Shown: positions 26,001 through 38,800 of the stretch, in pieces
Numbering within the stretch: the stretch's first letter is position 1
Layout of the letters: each line of letters starts with the position of its first letter
NCBI GenBank assembly: GCA_000708835.1
Contig: DF237404.1
Location: 1 to 64,000 of the forward strand
DNA from: Klebsormidium nitens
Lineage: Eukaryota > Plantae > Klebsormidiophyceae
Direction of reading: 5' to 3'
DNA: 64,000 bases
The notes under the pieces: model-generated
Database searches by the model: none
Seen by the model: only the letters and a program-made list of their open reading frames with translations
Told to the model about the DNA's origin: nothing
Made by a program: the position numbers and the translations under genes

Positions 26001-28740
26001 GCTTCCAAAGGTAAAGGTCCAACGCGGCTTTCTAGGCGAAGAGCTGGGGACTAAAGGCAAACAATGGTTAGCAGTGTAATCTGGCTGGAACAGTGGTAAG
26101 TCTGTCCCTAGAGCAGTGTGGGATATAGTTTGATGGGCACGGGAAGTTTGTCGCCTCCTACGCCAAGAGGAACAACCTCTGCCTCCGTCTTAGGTAGGGT
26201 TAGAGATCAAAGTGTTACCCCCAAGAGTGTGAAAGGACTCCGTAATGAGTATCTGTCTTGTAATTCAATCGAGGGGCGTCAGCAAGAGCGGCGAATGAGG
26301 ACGCGGGTAGTCACTTGTGGTGGCGTTAGCAAAAGCGACACTAAGAGTTCGGGTGGCCCACCTCTTCTTGACTTGGCTCAGGTAGAAGGCGCTCGTGGCT
26401 AGCGGCCCAAAGGAGACGAAGCAAAGGGGCTCCCCAAGCCCCATGTAGCCTAGTCGGAAGGGCGGGCTCTGAAAAGTACAAGGGAAGCACGGTGGTTTAG
26501 GTGCCCTGAAACGTGGTTCCGGGTTTTGAAAGTCTTGTCAGGTTACAAGCGTACGTGATTGCCCTTGACGACTACGACTTTCTGAGCGATGCCAAAGCGG
26601 GGATGTCGGGTAAAGAGCTTGCCTTGACGTTGCCGAACATACGATTGGAGCAAGCTTGCCAAGCAGACAGCTGAGACACTCCTCCTTCATAGGCTCATCC
26701 TATTCTCCAGATCGAAGAACGTAGAGGCAACTCCGTCAAAAACGATGCGAGGAGCGCGTCAGTACAACCACGGCCATTGACCTTGTTCGCTGAAGTGAAG
26801 CGTGAAAGATCTTCTTTAGTCTCACCTGGTAAACATAGCCGCAGGCTACTGCTGCTCCAAGTAGCCACAGCATCCGTGGGTCGTTTACCGTTTTTGCCAA
26901 CCAGGCAAAGCCCCCGAACGCGATGATCAACAAAGCAATGGCGATGACCAATACGAGGTTTCGGCTGCAAGGTACCAAGAACACTTAACAGCTCAGAATG
27001 GAGATTCGTCTCGTGTCAAATCATAGGCTATCACAAGGAAGCAACTTTACGTCTGTTTGCAGGAAACCGGAGACGTTGCGGGTCCTCCGATGAAGACAAA
27101 AAGTAGGACATTAAGATCTTCCGTTCTAAGGGCTCCTTAGCAAAAGCAGCACAGTGACAGCGATCGGTCTGGAGCCGAAATCGGAAGAGAAGGCTGTGTT
27201 TAAGGGTAGTGGACAACGAACCTGCCAGTCATGTTCACAACCGACTCCTTCTTGTTCTTGTCAACCTCGGTATCTGAATCGAAAACATCGTTCCTGCAGA
27301 GTAATACGAAGGGTCAGAACGGACAATCTAAAACAGGACATCAGTATGAATAACAACACTTTTTCCGAGTATCATGTGCCCACAACCTACCACCACAAAG
27401 GATTGCACTCGGGGCAAGCTGGCCACTTGACAGATGGATCTCTTGTCATTTGATGGTCATAATCACTCATGGATCGAAGGAAGTCGTCAAAAAAACAACT
27501 CTCTCAAGCTTCCCAAGCACCAGCCACCTTCATGGCTGGTGCTTGGGAAGCTTGAGTCACAAAATTTAAATTAGAGCTGCTACACTTAGTCTGTTGTCCT
27601 ATCAAAACAACGCTGAGCCATGATCAACTATCAGTGAGTTGTATCTTGGTTTGTCCTAATTCTATGCTAAGATGAACATATTTTCGAACTTTCCCCTGGT
27701 TCTGGTTCCTCACAAACATAGCGGAGCAATCCTCAAGCGAACTAGGAGTATCAAGAAGAAACCTTGGTTTCAACTTACGTCAAGTTTAGCCATGCTATGA
27801 CCAGGCATGATGATCCCAACAAGGTCCAGAATCTGGAGTGATAGAAGACACCAGTCTTCTGATACGCGGCTGCGGCCCCAACCTGCAGAACAAGCCGGTT
27901 CGGCACTGCTTAGCGAACAACGCGTTGGCACTTATTGTCACATCATTCGCCCCCGCTGATGACTTCCTCTCGTTTATTGGCCACATCTACAATGAATCCA
28001 ACCACGACTTTGATTTACCCAAATTTGGGTCGTCAACGAGCATCTTGTCACTCTGTTGCGACCAAGTGCCTGCCTTTTCCACCCCAAATGTCTGTCATTT
28101 TTGCACCAGTAAAGTCAAAGTTTAGAAACGTAATCACAGCATGGTTTACCACTCAAAGTTGGTGCCACCACCCAACATTTATCTCCACAGTTTCCTAGGG
28201 TACTTTGGAGACCTCTTCTGTTGATCCACTCCAGGACCAATTGGCCTTGTTTCTACATGGTGCACTCACCAGGATGGGAATCAATGCCACGGTGTAAATT
28301 GGAAGCTTGACGGCCCTCCATATCAGTGTGGCCTGGCTCAATTCCTCTTCTACTGGTGGTGGTTCAGTTGCCTCCGCCAGCGGCTCCTCTATAGGCGGAA
28401 CAAAGTCCCCTGCTGTGCACGCAACTCTTTTTCCTGTTCTCTTGTGCCTTTCAAGTTGTAGTCCTCCTGCAAGGGGGACTCTGCTGCCGTTGCCTCCCGC
28501 ATCTGGTCTTAGCGTCGACCGTCCCCTCTGTAAACATGGCAGAGTGGCTTTCTCAATCGTGCTGAATGGAATGGGTAACGTCCCCATTGGACGTGAAGAG
28601 CGCCTGGCGTTTTGGTAGGCAGACCCTTGCACAGGCTGCTGTGTGGCAGGACATCCCGCTGCAGAGATTGTGCTGGCTTCTCTGTACATAGTCAGATTGC
28701 CAATGTGCTCCACTGTGCGGGCTGCCGAAAGGTGTGCCAT
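23079..28740 (-). CDS. menA: 1,4-dihydroxy-2-naphthoate phytyltransferase (MenA/ABC4, phylloquinone synthesis), 10 exons
   Basis: Exons 28740-28270, 27882-27779, 27293-27222, 26964-26826, 26468-26362, 25933-25831, 25151-25113, 24412-24302, 23551-23486, 23198-23079, all phases consistent. Motifs TLIWRAVKLPIYTVAL, NDVFDSDTEVDKNKKESVVN, SPPFRLGYMGLGEPLCF, SHFHQIEDDAKVGKMSPLVRLG, IFMAKY; plastid-type N-terminus. Confidence 0.95.
23863..24039. mobile_element. MITE-like foldback element B, in a menA intron, with telomere-like core
   Basis: Terminal inverted repeat 22/23 bp matched. Each arm has 2 copies of TAGCAATAGTAAGC. G-rich core GGGACGGGTAGGGTTAG...GGGGGTTAGGGTGGG is homologous to element A in the opposite orientation. 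Confidence 0.75.
27503..27556. repeat. Perfect 24-bp inverted repeat with 6-nt loop, in a menA intron
   Basis: CTCAAGCTTCCCAAGCACCAGCCA-CCTTCA-TGGCTGGTGCTTGGGAAGCTTGAG. Confidence 0.9.
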
Positions 28741-30169
28741 TGTGCAAGTTTTCCTGGCGACAGCAAGATAAAGCAATTCTGACAGGGTACCACCGCTTGA
28801 CACACCTTTTGAGACGTGATTCGCAGGGTGCGACCACTTGAAGCAGGTGATTCAGCACGATGCTGTGCTTACAGAGCGCGCACTGTGGTAAACCGCCTGC
28901 AAACGGTGTCCTGCGTCTACAAGTTTGAAATACTTAGCTTCTCTTACTCCTCCGTCAGCAAAAAGTGGTAGAACAATGCTGACACTGACAGCAATTTTTC
29001 TAGGGGAGATTTGGAAACACATGAGGACCATTGAGGCGTGCCTCACAAATGGACCTTTGAATCGATTGGAACGCGCAATGATGGCTTCTGTCGGTGTCGT
29101 TGTATCCGCAAATGGGAACTGGGAATGTGCGTTTGCAGCACACGGCAAGTACTGTGCAGGGCATTTGCCAATCATGTGGCACAACCCGATCTTAGGATCA
29201 ACTTCTACGCAATCCCAGCGGCTGAAAACGCCATGTCAGCTACCACATGTTCATCCGACGGTCCCGGTGTGGCGCAAAATCTTAGCTCTGGCTGGCAAAT
29301 TAATTCACGGCACATGCAAACAGGGTTGCGAGTATGTTTTGAAGGTTCTACCTAATCACATGGTAATACCCGTACTGGCGGCCACCCTGCAACAATGAAA
29401 AGATGACGGCCGGCACAGTTTAGGAATACTAAGCCGTAGGAACAGTAACCTCAAACCAACATGATGAAAAGCCCCAACGGCCATGAGGGCCAGTAGCTAT
29501 GTTACTGCAGCGCATCGTACATGGCAGACTCCAGCTAGCCACAGATTCTTACACCCTCGGATGGCCTCGTGGATTTTGAAAGGTCTCGTCGCATGTATAA
29601 CCCAAGATCGCATGGGCTTACCCATGCAGCAGTCAAATCTGGATAATACTATACAATCCATCATCTCATGGAGAATGCCCCGCTTGGACTTGTGGGCAAC
29701 TTGTTAAATACAGTTGGACTTCGATACGCACCAGTAAGTCGATCGATCATAGGCGCACAATCTGATCCTTCGGGAGTCCACCAGCGTGCCCATTGATGCC
29801 CTTACGGCGTCATAGTCCGCTCACCGTGGCACTGTTTCATCTGCTTGATTAGGTGGGATGCCGCGCGGCAGTGGCCGAGATCATTTAGTGATACATTCAT
29901 TGCTGCCGGGCCGTCACGGGGTGCACGCAACACCCACGTTGGATGACGAGCCTGAGTTACAAGGGTCAGCGTTGCTGCTTTCTTTTCATCGTTAATCGGG
30001 CACTCATGATATATTAGTCTTCTAAGCAGTAAAGGTCACATTCAGAACCCGGATTACAGTTTGCTTGCTACTCTGGTTACAGACGGTAAGAGATCAATGA
30101 CCCCGTTTCTTTCGTCGCATAAGGTTTCCGAACTACAGCGATAAGACCTGGCAGTAGTCCCTGCTTGTG

Positions 30170-33100
30170 TCACGAATGATCGGCATCGAAGCGGCTCATG
30201 TATCTCTTTGCCTCCTCTTCAGTCGAAGGGAGCACTCTTCGAACGACGGTCGCGTGGCTTTTCAAGTCGTCCGGGTGTACAGTAAAGGTGAAATAGAAGG
30301 TGTTCGATACCTGCAGCAAGAGTGGCGCTCAGGTCAGTAAAGTATGCAAGTCAGAGTCCGACTAGTATCCCCGCCGAGCTTCTACAAGTCTCTCACTCGA
30401 TGATTCTATCGCCGCTTCTTCCCTGGAACATGAGTACTTCGGTGCCACAATCCAATCAGTCGTAAGCAGCTGACCACACGTACGACAGGAACTTCAGCAG
30501 TCCATACGAAACAGACCCATCAAAGACCAACGGCCCAATGAAACGCGTCATGGACAGTCGGGATTGCAAACGGAGAGAAGCAATCGCTTCCTGCCTACGC
30601 TGCAATCTGTCCGCGCACACCCCTCATCAAGAATACCGATGGGTCACAACAAGACTTGTCAAGCGCATTCAGGACTAATGACAAGTCCGTCGACGCTCGG
30701 GGGAGCCGGATGTAAGCATATCTCCATCAATTATTTCGACGGATGGTTCCCGCTTTGCCTCCCCCTCAGCGACCAAGCGTCTGATTGAATGCGCTTTTCT
30801 CAACTGGCACACGTCTTGCCGGCCGATACTAAACGATACTGAGCCCGACGTTACCTGACTAGTGCGCAGCTCCGGCTTGGTGACGTAAGCCACGACTTCC
30901 ACGTGGATCAGGGGCCGCACCAGGTCGCTCTGCTCGGTGTAAAGCACGCATGACTTGAACCGCAGCAGATCGCCCACGTCCACCTATTGAAACAGTCGTT
31001 AGAACCGGTTGCTTTTTGAATGCTGCGGAAACGAAGATGAACGGTTCACTGACTCCAGGCGGAATCTTCGGAGTGGCTCGCCATCGTTGACGACGTCGTG
31101 CGACGATAACAACCGCCCTTTTTCTAAACGGAAAGGCTGTCAGGCCTTCGAATACATGAGCATCGCAAAGCTCAACGGACCGGCCGACGAATTGGGAATC
31201 GCTGAGTCGCCACCGACTGCGTACTAACATGCAAATTTGAACCTTTACACAAGAAGATCATCTTCTCGGATCGAAGGCCATAAAGTCAAAGTATCCCAAC
31301 ATTCGGGCAACGTAGACAGTGGTTATCCCGCTTTCGAGGGCAACGGAAGCAGCAGCGGACAAGCGCGGAGCAAGAACGAAGACCACTCGAAGCCGCAAAT
31401 CTGGAAATCATCGGGGGCGTCATATATGGCAATTTCAGGAGGTACCGATGCTCAGGAACTGAAGTTCGGTCCCTATGGAACCGAAAACCAATGTTCTCGA
31501 CCCCTAGACATTACTTCGCAATTTCTGAGGCACGGTCCGCCCCTCAGGGACGCTGGTTCGAAAGACGAAGTTTCTAAACAGTGGCTCTCACTCTCGGACA
31601 GCGTACACAACCGTAAATAGTTTTACGTTTCATGCAATCCGTCCCTCAAGTAATTATGACAGAACGCTTTCCCGAGGAGCAGCCGCTACCTTAATGAGCG
31701 ACGCCGCTCTTCCGAGATCTCAGATTTGACCGCCCTGTGAAAGGTGGTATCGTGCACTTCGCCGGAAGCAAACCCCTCTTTCCGAAGGCTCTACCACGAA
31801 GTTGTACAATTCGGGAATAGCGACCGTGCTAGACTTGAAGGCTGAACCAGCTTCTTCGAAGAGACACCCTCGACGACCAGTGAAAGAGTAGTGCGCTCAA
31901 TTTTGGACGAACCCATTTTCAGACAGGCAAACCCCGAAAATTAACTTTGCGCTCAGACAACCCGTTCTGCGGCTGCTCGTGCGCGGCGGTTTTTGACGTG
32001 GCGTTCGCAGTGCCATCAGGATACGAGCGGCGCACGAAACATGTTACACACACGCACGCACGGCCGTAGACTGTAACAAATTGTCCGGGTTTACATTCGC
32101 GTTTGCCCGTCAGAGAGTTAAAACCGTCCAACATTGGGGCACGCCAGTCTTCACATGCCAGCCAATGGACGGCGGCTTCTCACCGGGCGCTGGAAGGTGA
32201 TGTCGTGCATTTCGAGGAAGGCGGGCCGCGTGCCACAGAAGACGTAGCAGGTGGAGAAGGCGAGCTCGAAGGCGCGCCGCATGAGGAAGCCCCCGAAGAT
32301 GCGGCCGTGCATGTTGCGCTGCTGCGGCTGGCACAGGAACGCGTTCTCCAGCCGGGTGTCGCGGATCAGCATGCTGCGGGGAAACGGGGGTGGCGTAATG
32401 ATTCGTGGGATAATCAAGAACTGACCTTCGAAAGACTTAGGAAGAAAACTTAAGATGGATTTGAGAATAGGTGGAGAGGACTTGAGATGTCCGACGAGAA
32501 ATTGGAGACGCGAAGGGGCCCGACGTGACTTCGGAAGGGAATATAGAGAAGTTGATTTGGCCGAACATGGATGCCGTGAGTGTTCGAGAACCGACCAAAA
32601 AGTAATCAGCCGGCAGAATGGAACTCGAATCTGACCCTGACTCTTGCGCTTCTCTGTAAAGAGACGGAAAGAGCCTTAGAACAATCTGGCTAGGGTCTGA
32701 GGAAGTTGCATGACAACAGCTCTAAAATTTTCCAAGGCCGCCAGAAAGGTCGTTTGCGGAGTTGGAGACTTCCAACAACACTCGTACTTCACTGCTGGTT
32801 GTGGCCTGCTGTCAGAGAGTGACCGGAAAAGTTCGCGTTTCAAAGCACGAGGAAGCAACCAACTTCCGCTGCGGCTCTCAACAGCGGAATTTCCGCCTTC
32901 TACTTCGAAAGAAGGACCAGACGTCCTGATTGCCAAGGCTAAGCCATCGAACCAGCTCACGCTCATTGTCGAGTGGACCTGTTCAAGCGACGAACATTCG
33001 ATGAGACTTGAAGAACGACTCGTACCTGTTCCTGTCAGCCAGAGCTGGCAACTCCAGCATCGTCCTCCCCGCGGCAAGAAAGGCCTCCATCCGGTCCCGC

Positions 33101-35358
33101 TGCTCTTTGGTGAGGGCCTCGTCCTTCCCAGCACCGCTCTTTCGCCTCACTTTCCTGGCAGCGTCCCGCGCCTCCCCCTCCGCAAACAGGGCCTTCTCCT
33201 CAGCGGTGTCTGGAGCAAGGGGGTTAATGGCGGCCGCCTTGTTGGTGGTGATGTCACGCGCCACGAAGGTGAAGTTGGCAACTAGGGGAGGGCGGGAATC
33301 TGCGCAGTGGACATGGAGAGGCTCTGGGATTAGGCCATTTTTTTTGACACGTGCTGTGCAGGCTGAATTCCGGCCGCACAGTATGAGGGGCCGTTCTCGT
33401 GCGGACATCGCACCTCTGCGAAGATTGACTTTGCGAGTAGGAGAGCTTTTGAAGCATCAGGAAACGACTAGGCCAAATGTCGTTTACGTTGAAGGCGTCT
33501 TGTTTTGTGAAGTCAGGACGGACGTCTGTCAGAAATGTCGGGACAGCTTCGCAGAGTCGTTCACAAAGACAACGTTTAAGTGGAAGGGATCGAAGTAAAC
33601 ATAACAACTTCGACAATGCTCATATGCGCTTACGCGACTGCCCTGCAGAGCCGAAAGTGTTGACGCACAAGCTGAACTTCGATAACAACCCCAGAAAGGA
33701 GGCCGAGACCATTTCATCACAAGCTGGCAGGTGAGTCACAAGAAGAGAGACGAAAGCTCTGCTTGAGCGATAGGCGACACAGTGTTGTGGGTGAAGGTCA
33801 TAAACAGAAAAGCATCAAGTCAGTACTCCTCACCAGGCTGTTCCGCACTCGCATTGGGCTGGTCCAGTCTGATCTGAATCTCCATCGAGCTGCGCCCCAC
33901 CCACGTCACCTTCCCAGTCACAGCAAGATCGGCATCCATTCGGATGTGGCGAGCGAGCCGGATCCTGTCGACAGACGCGGTGACGAGCAGCAACGGACGC
34001 GTCTCAGGGTCGTTGTCACTGCAGTGCTGGAACGCCACACTGCCAGCAACTGTACGAAGAAACGATCCGTTTGGGAGCCCGGCTTTTGCAGGATAAACGA
34101 AACGTGGCACATGAGAGATTGAGAGGACAGAGGCTGGACCTCAGAGGAGTGGACCCCAAGAAAGTCTACATTTAGGAGAGTGCCAAGTAGCAGGGGCCGC
34201 GCATGAGAGGTGCGGGAAACATTTGTTCTTATCAATGACCTTCGACCAGAATTTCAATTGCTGAAGTGGGTGGCACGGGTCAAGGACGATTGCAGGTGAA
34301 GACAGAGTGAGCAAAACAGTCGAAGAAACGAGAAAGTTTCAAATTGGCAGAAGATTCTTAGTCATTTTGGAAAGCCACACTGTCCTGATCATGTCATCTC
34401 AAGCCAAAGCTCAAAAGAAGGGTGTAACTTTGAAGGATTCCTATCCTCATCAAATCTCGATCTCCCTCAGCGGGCAAGCATTTCCTACAAGTTTGGGACC
34501 TTCACCAGCTCACACAAAGGATCTCTCCTAGTAGTCTGCGCGGTGCAGTCTGCGCGGTGCTTGGACGGTTCAAAAAGCTAGAATCTACACACAAGGACCA
34601 TCTCGAATGGGCACACCCGACTCACTTGCATCCAGGTCCTCTAATAGCCTGCCTACTCGCATGGAGTCCCATGGATTACGGTACTTTTCTCTTAGCGCCA
34701 GGTCTTGTGAGAAGGGGTACTCCAAACTCAACATGCTATCCTCTGGCTTCTTCACAATCAGCTCCTTTTGAGGGGGCTTGGCATAGTCCACCGCAGGCGC
34801 CGGCGCCTCCATAGCGTTTCGGATTTTCCATAGCCTATCGATGACAGGCGAGTGGTGCTGCCCAGGGCGAGTGGCGGTGGCTGTGTCAGAGTTTTCAGCT
34901 GGAGCCAGGTGTGCAGTGTGAAACTTCCGCATGAAACTTCTGGAAGAAGGACCGGAAGACTCCGCGCTTTGTGAGCTGGTCGATGGACCCCAGCTTTGAT
35001 TGAGGGGGGGCTTGTTAGCATCCCAAAAAGAGGGCAACGAGGACAAGAGGAAAGCGGTTCTAAGAGCCTTGATGCCATCCATGTGTGGTGACATGTTACT
35101 GGTTAACGATGGTGCTGAGTTTGAGACGGAAGGCGTTTTCAGGTTGGTGTCCGCACTTGTGAGGCCAGTATTGAATTGCCCATTCTTCTTCTTTGGCGCT
35201 GCCAAGAGATCATTAAGCTGAATTTCTGTCTCTGCTGGCTCGACCACCACTGGATACAAGTCCCAAATGCAATTATGCGCACCTCGAAGGCTTCCCATCG
35301 CCCTGCTTTGCAACGCTCTCCAGACAGGAGAGCCTGTGTTCACAAGCAACCGAGCCAT
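30170..35358 (-). CDS. Double-hotdog acyl-CoA thioesterase (ACOT9-like), probably mitochondrial, 6 exons
   Basis: Exons 35358-34626, 34049-33834, 33299-33026, 32373-32184, 30983-30855, 30310-30170 in phase. Motifs YRNPWDSMRVGRLLEDLDA, RPLLLVTASVDRI, WVGRSSMEI, ANFTFVARD, RNMHGRIFGGFLMRRAFELA, PVDVGDLL, SNTFYFTF. Confidence 0.92.
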
Positions 35359-35884
35359 TGCGGGAGCTCCCTGCTCGCACTGCCAGCAGCTTCGAGAATG
35401 ATTCTGAGCGACTTCTCAATAATCGATTGAGCTTCACTGGCCAGCACAATCTGCCTCTCTTGCACGCGAGACCAAAACCTTAGGCTTTGCTGGCTTGTGC
35501 TTTGAAGCCCAGCAACGTTTAGTTTACTTTTGAGTTCCGATCGGGGTTAGATGTTCAACCTGGAAACCGGGCACTTCGATCTGGACACTTGCTGTACAGC
35601 CTCAGGTACAATAGTCGAACTGTACCTACCGGATGAAGTTAACCTTTCGAACCAAACCTCCTGATTAACATCCCGTTAGGGTCTAACCCCAATTGCCCCA
35701 GGAACACGCTGCACAGCTCACTGTCCGGTCTTGAAGTTGAACTTGAAGCTGCAAAGCGCTGTCACTGTCAGAAGTTGAACAAAGAAAGCAGAGCTTAGGC
35801 GGGCTCAGGAAGGGCGTTGTTGAAAGAGGGCGCATCAGGGAGATAAGCTTGAGGAGCAGCATTCTGCTGTGGTGGCAGCAAGTC

Positions 35885-38800
35885 ATGGCTTTGACTGCGG
35901 AGGCTGCCGTCAGTGGCAATTTGCAACCATTCACTGCACGCTCTTTCCATAAAGATGGCGCTCCGGCAGACCATGTTGAAACTTCGCGCTTGCATCCAGG
36001 AAGATTGCGTGCAAGAGCAGGATCTCCGCTTCTTTTTAGCATTCAAAAGGTTCCTGCTGCCCCTCAGATACACTGCTTGCAGAAAAGTGAGTCAGTCAGT
36101 GGTTTAGATGGATTCCCCAGCATTTTCTTGGAGCGTTCTCACAGCCGGTGGGCTAAACGAAAAGGTAGATGCAGAAGAGTGCGGCAACATGCTGTTGCTA
36201 AGTGTGAAAGTGGCGGGTCGCCAGCAAGGTTTGACGTCGCTCCAAAAATGTAAGCTTAGTTGCACTGCTCAAGTAATCCTGCAACACATAAGGTGTCACA
36301 GATGCTATCATGATGTTATACGCAGGGTAGCTTCGACCCAGCAGATCATGAAAATCTGATCCTACTCGAGCTATCTTCGACACTCCATGGCGCCTTGCTA
36401 AGAAGATCAACGAGAACAGCGAAATCTACAATCTTTTACAAGCAAAAGCACCCTTGAAATCCTGCACTGTGTAGGATCAGTCTCTACCCTTTTCAGAACA
36501 AGTGTACTTGGGCAGGTGCATGAGACGAAGTCGTCACTTTCTTTTACACAACTACCACCACCTGTCACCATTTCAACACCACATCTGACCTCCTTATCTG
36601 TTTGTTTCAGGTCCATGATGGACGTCTTTGAGGTGTTGGCGAATCGACTCATCACAAGCGCAGCCTCAATACCACCAGGCCAGAAGTAAGTGAAGATGCA
36701 AAATTGGTGACAATGTGTTTTAGGGGCAATTCCAGGATCCAGTGAGGGACTGATCAATGCAATGGCTTGCTGAGCTTTCGTTGTCCATTATGGTGATGGA
36801 AATTCAGAATCGAGTGTCTATTTCTGGTGATCTATGAAAACGAAACCAGCGCCACCATACATCCACGTCGTGCGGAATCCTTTAAGAGAGAGTGTAATCC
36901 GTTTCAACTTGCTTCTTTGGGCTCAAAAGACTCAAAGGTCCGCCAGGTCGAACTCGGAAGCGAGTGTCGCACTGCCAACCTGTAACCTCGTTGTAGTAGA
37001 ATCTAGCTGACTCAGGACTTCATGCAGGTACATGGTTGGGGTCGCTGGTTCTCCTGGCTCTGGTATGAATTGCTCCTTCTTGCGAGATCCCAATAGTACT
37101 TATGCATGCTACGATTCTTTTCTTCAAAGAAGGTTGGAACTTCTTGTGAAGCTGCAAACCTTGCTTGTTCAGATTGGTGACAACCATACTTGAAGGCCTT
37201 CGTGCCTGTCGTTTGTCATTCTATCAATAGACAAACGTATATCTTGTGATTTTGAATGGCTGAAATTCTCACACTGACGGTCAATCATTGCACAACCACC
37301 TCTGGTACGAGTTCGAACCTCTAGCTTGGTATCTATCGGATATTCTTTATCGTGTGCAGGGAAGACAACTCTAGCGCTTGGTATCTATCGGATATTCTTT
37401 ATCGTGTGCAGGGAAGACAACTCTAGCTCGAAGTGTGACCGCACTCATTAACTCGAAGCAGTCTGATCCCGACTTGGCTGTCAGCGTCCCCATGGATGGC
37501 TACCACCTGTACAGAAAGCAACTCGACCAGATGCCGGTGAGTGAACCTTCACCGGGCATCGTTCTTAGCTAGATACTGGCCGTTGTGGTCCGGATCATGC
37601 AATCTTCAAAAGTGCCTGGTTGATTGGTAGATGCTGTGCCGAACGAAGTGTACAGCGTCGGAGTCCCAATTGTCATTTAAAAAATCTGCTTCGAGTTCCG
37701 ACGAGCAGGAAACCGCTGATGTCGAGTCCCGTTTACTTCATTCATGCAGTATGATTGTTTCCTTGCCAAAGCTGGCTCTTCGAGCTTTACGACGAGCCAA
37801 GGGGAACGAGCTCAAAGATTGAACAAAAGACTTTGGGGCGCTCCATGCAGGATCCAAAAGAGGCGCATGCAAGGCGGGGCTCTCATTGGACTTTTGATCC
37901 AGTCGGGTTGCTATCGACATTGAAAACGATTCGAGAGAAGGTACGAACGACCTGTTTACTGTGGTGGGGACGGTCTGACGGTTACACTTAATTACGCAAG
38001 TTCGTATGAAGTTTCTTGTCCGCTTCTATCAACATTAAGCATGTGAAGCTGTTTGAACCGCGAAGTGGTGTATTCACGAACGCACGTGCAGCCGATTGCT
38101 GCACGTGAACAAATGCTTGATGGTCGATTGTCCGTTTGACATAGCCAGTTCGTTCGCAGACGCAGACAAAGACCTCCGGACCTTCCCGATTTGCTGGGTG
38201 CCTGTTGAAGTACGATTGAAGCATCTCCCGTCTTCCTCTCTTACATCCACGTGCGGCAAACAGTATGTTTACGTTCGCAGGGGCGAGCTGCGGTTCCCAG
38301 CTTCGACCACGGGGTAGGAGATCCAGTTGACGGGGATATCGAAGTAAAGCCAGAGTAAGCCAGGAGCTCAAGATAAGCTACTGAGTCAGTAGCTTATCAG
38401 TAGCTTATCTTGAGGTGCTTTGTCTTTGTCTGGTTTGCTCATCTGACGTCGTCAGTGCTTGTTCGAGAACGGTCTAAGGTTCTTTCGACTCCTGCAAAAT
38501 GTGCTATGACCATGTGTTCGTAATTTTCTGTCTCACGCCTGCTTTAGTTGTTTTGTTGCTGACAACATCCAATCACGCATCTGTGTACAGGAACCGCATA
38601 GTGATAGTCGAGGGCAACTACCTTCTTTTGGATGAGGACCATTGGAAGGACCTTCGAGACCTCTTCGACGAGACTTGGTGGGTTGTTCGGATCGCACACA
38701 TTACGCTCAGCAGAACAGAGGTCTCTCAGGTCAAGAGTCTCCGTGCGTTTAATACACGGACAACGAAGATGACGATTGCAAATCTGTTATGGGCGACGCA

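Noticed and set aside
34533-34560. 14-bp tandem duplication AGTCTGCGCGGTGC, and similar small intronic repeats at ~62505-62545 and a 10-bp hairpin at 52772-52793
   Set aside because: Ordinary slippage-scale features with no evident functional context.
34620-34630. GC-AG donor (GAT|GCAAGT) in the thioesterase gene
   Set aside because: The adjacent canonical A|GTGAGT donor gives the phase 1 needed by the next exon.
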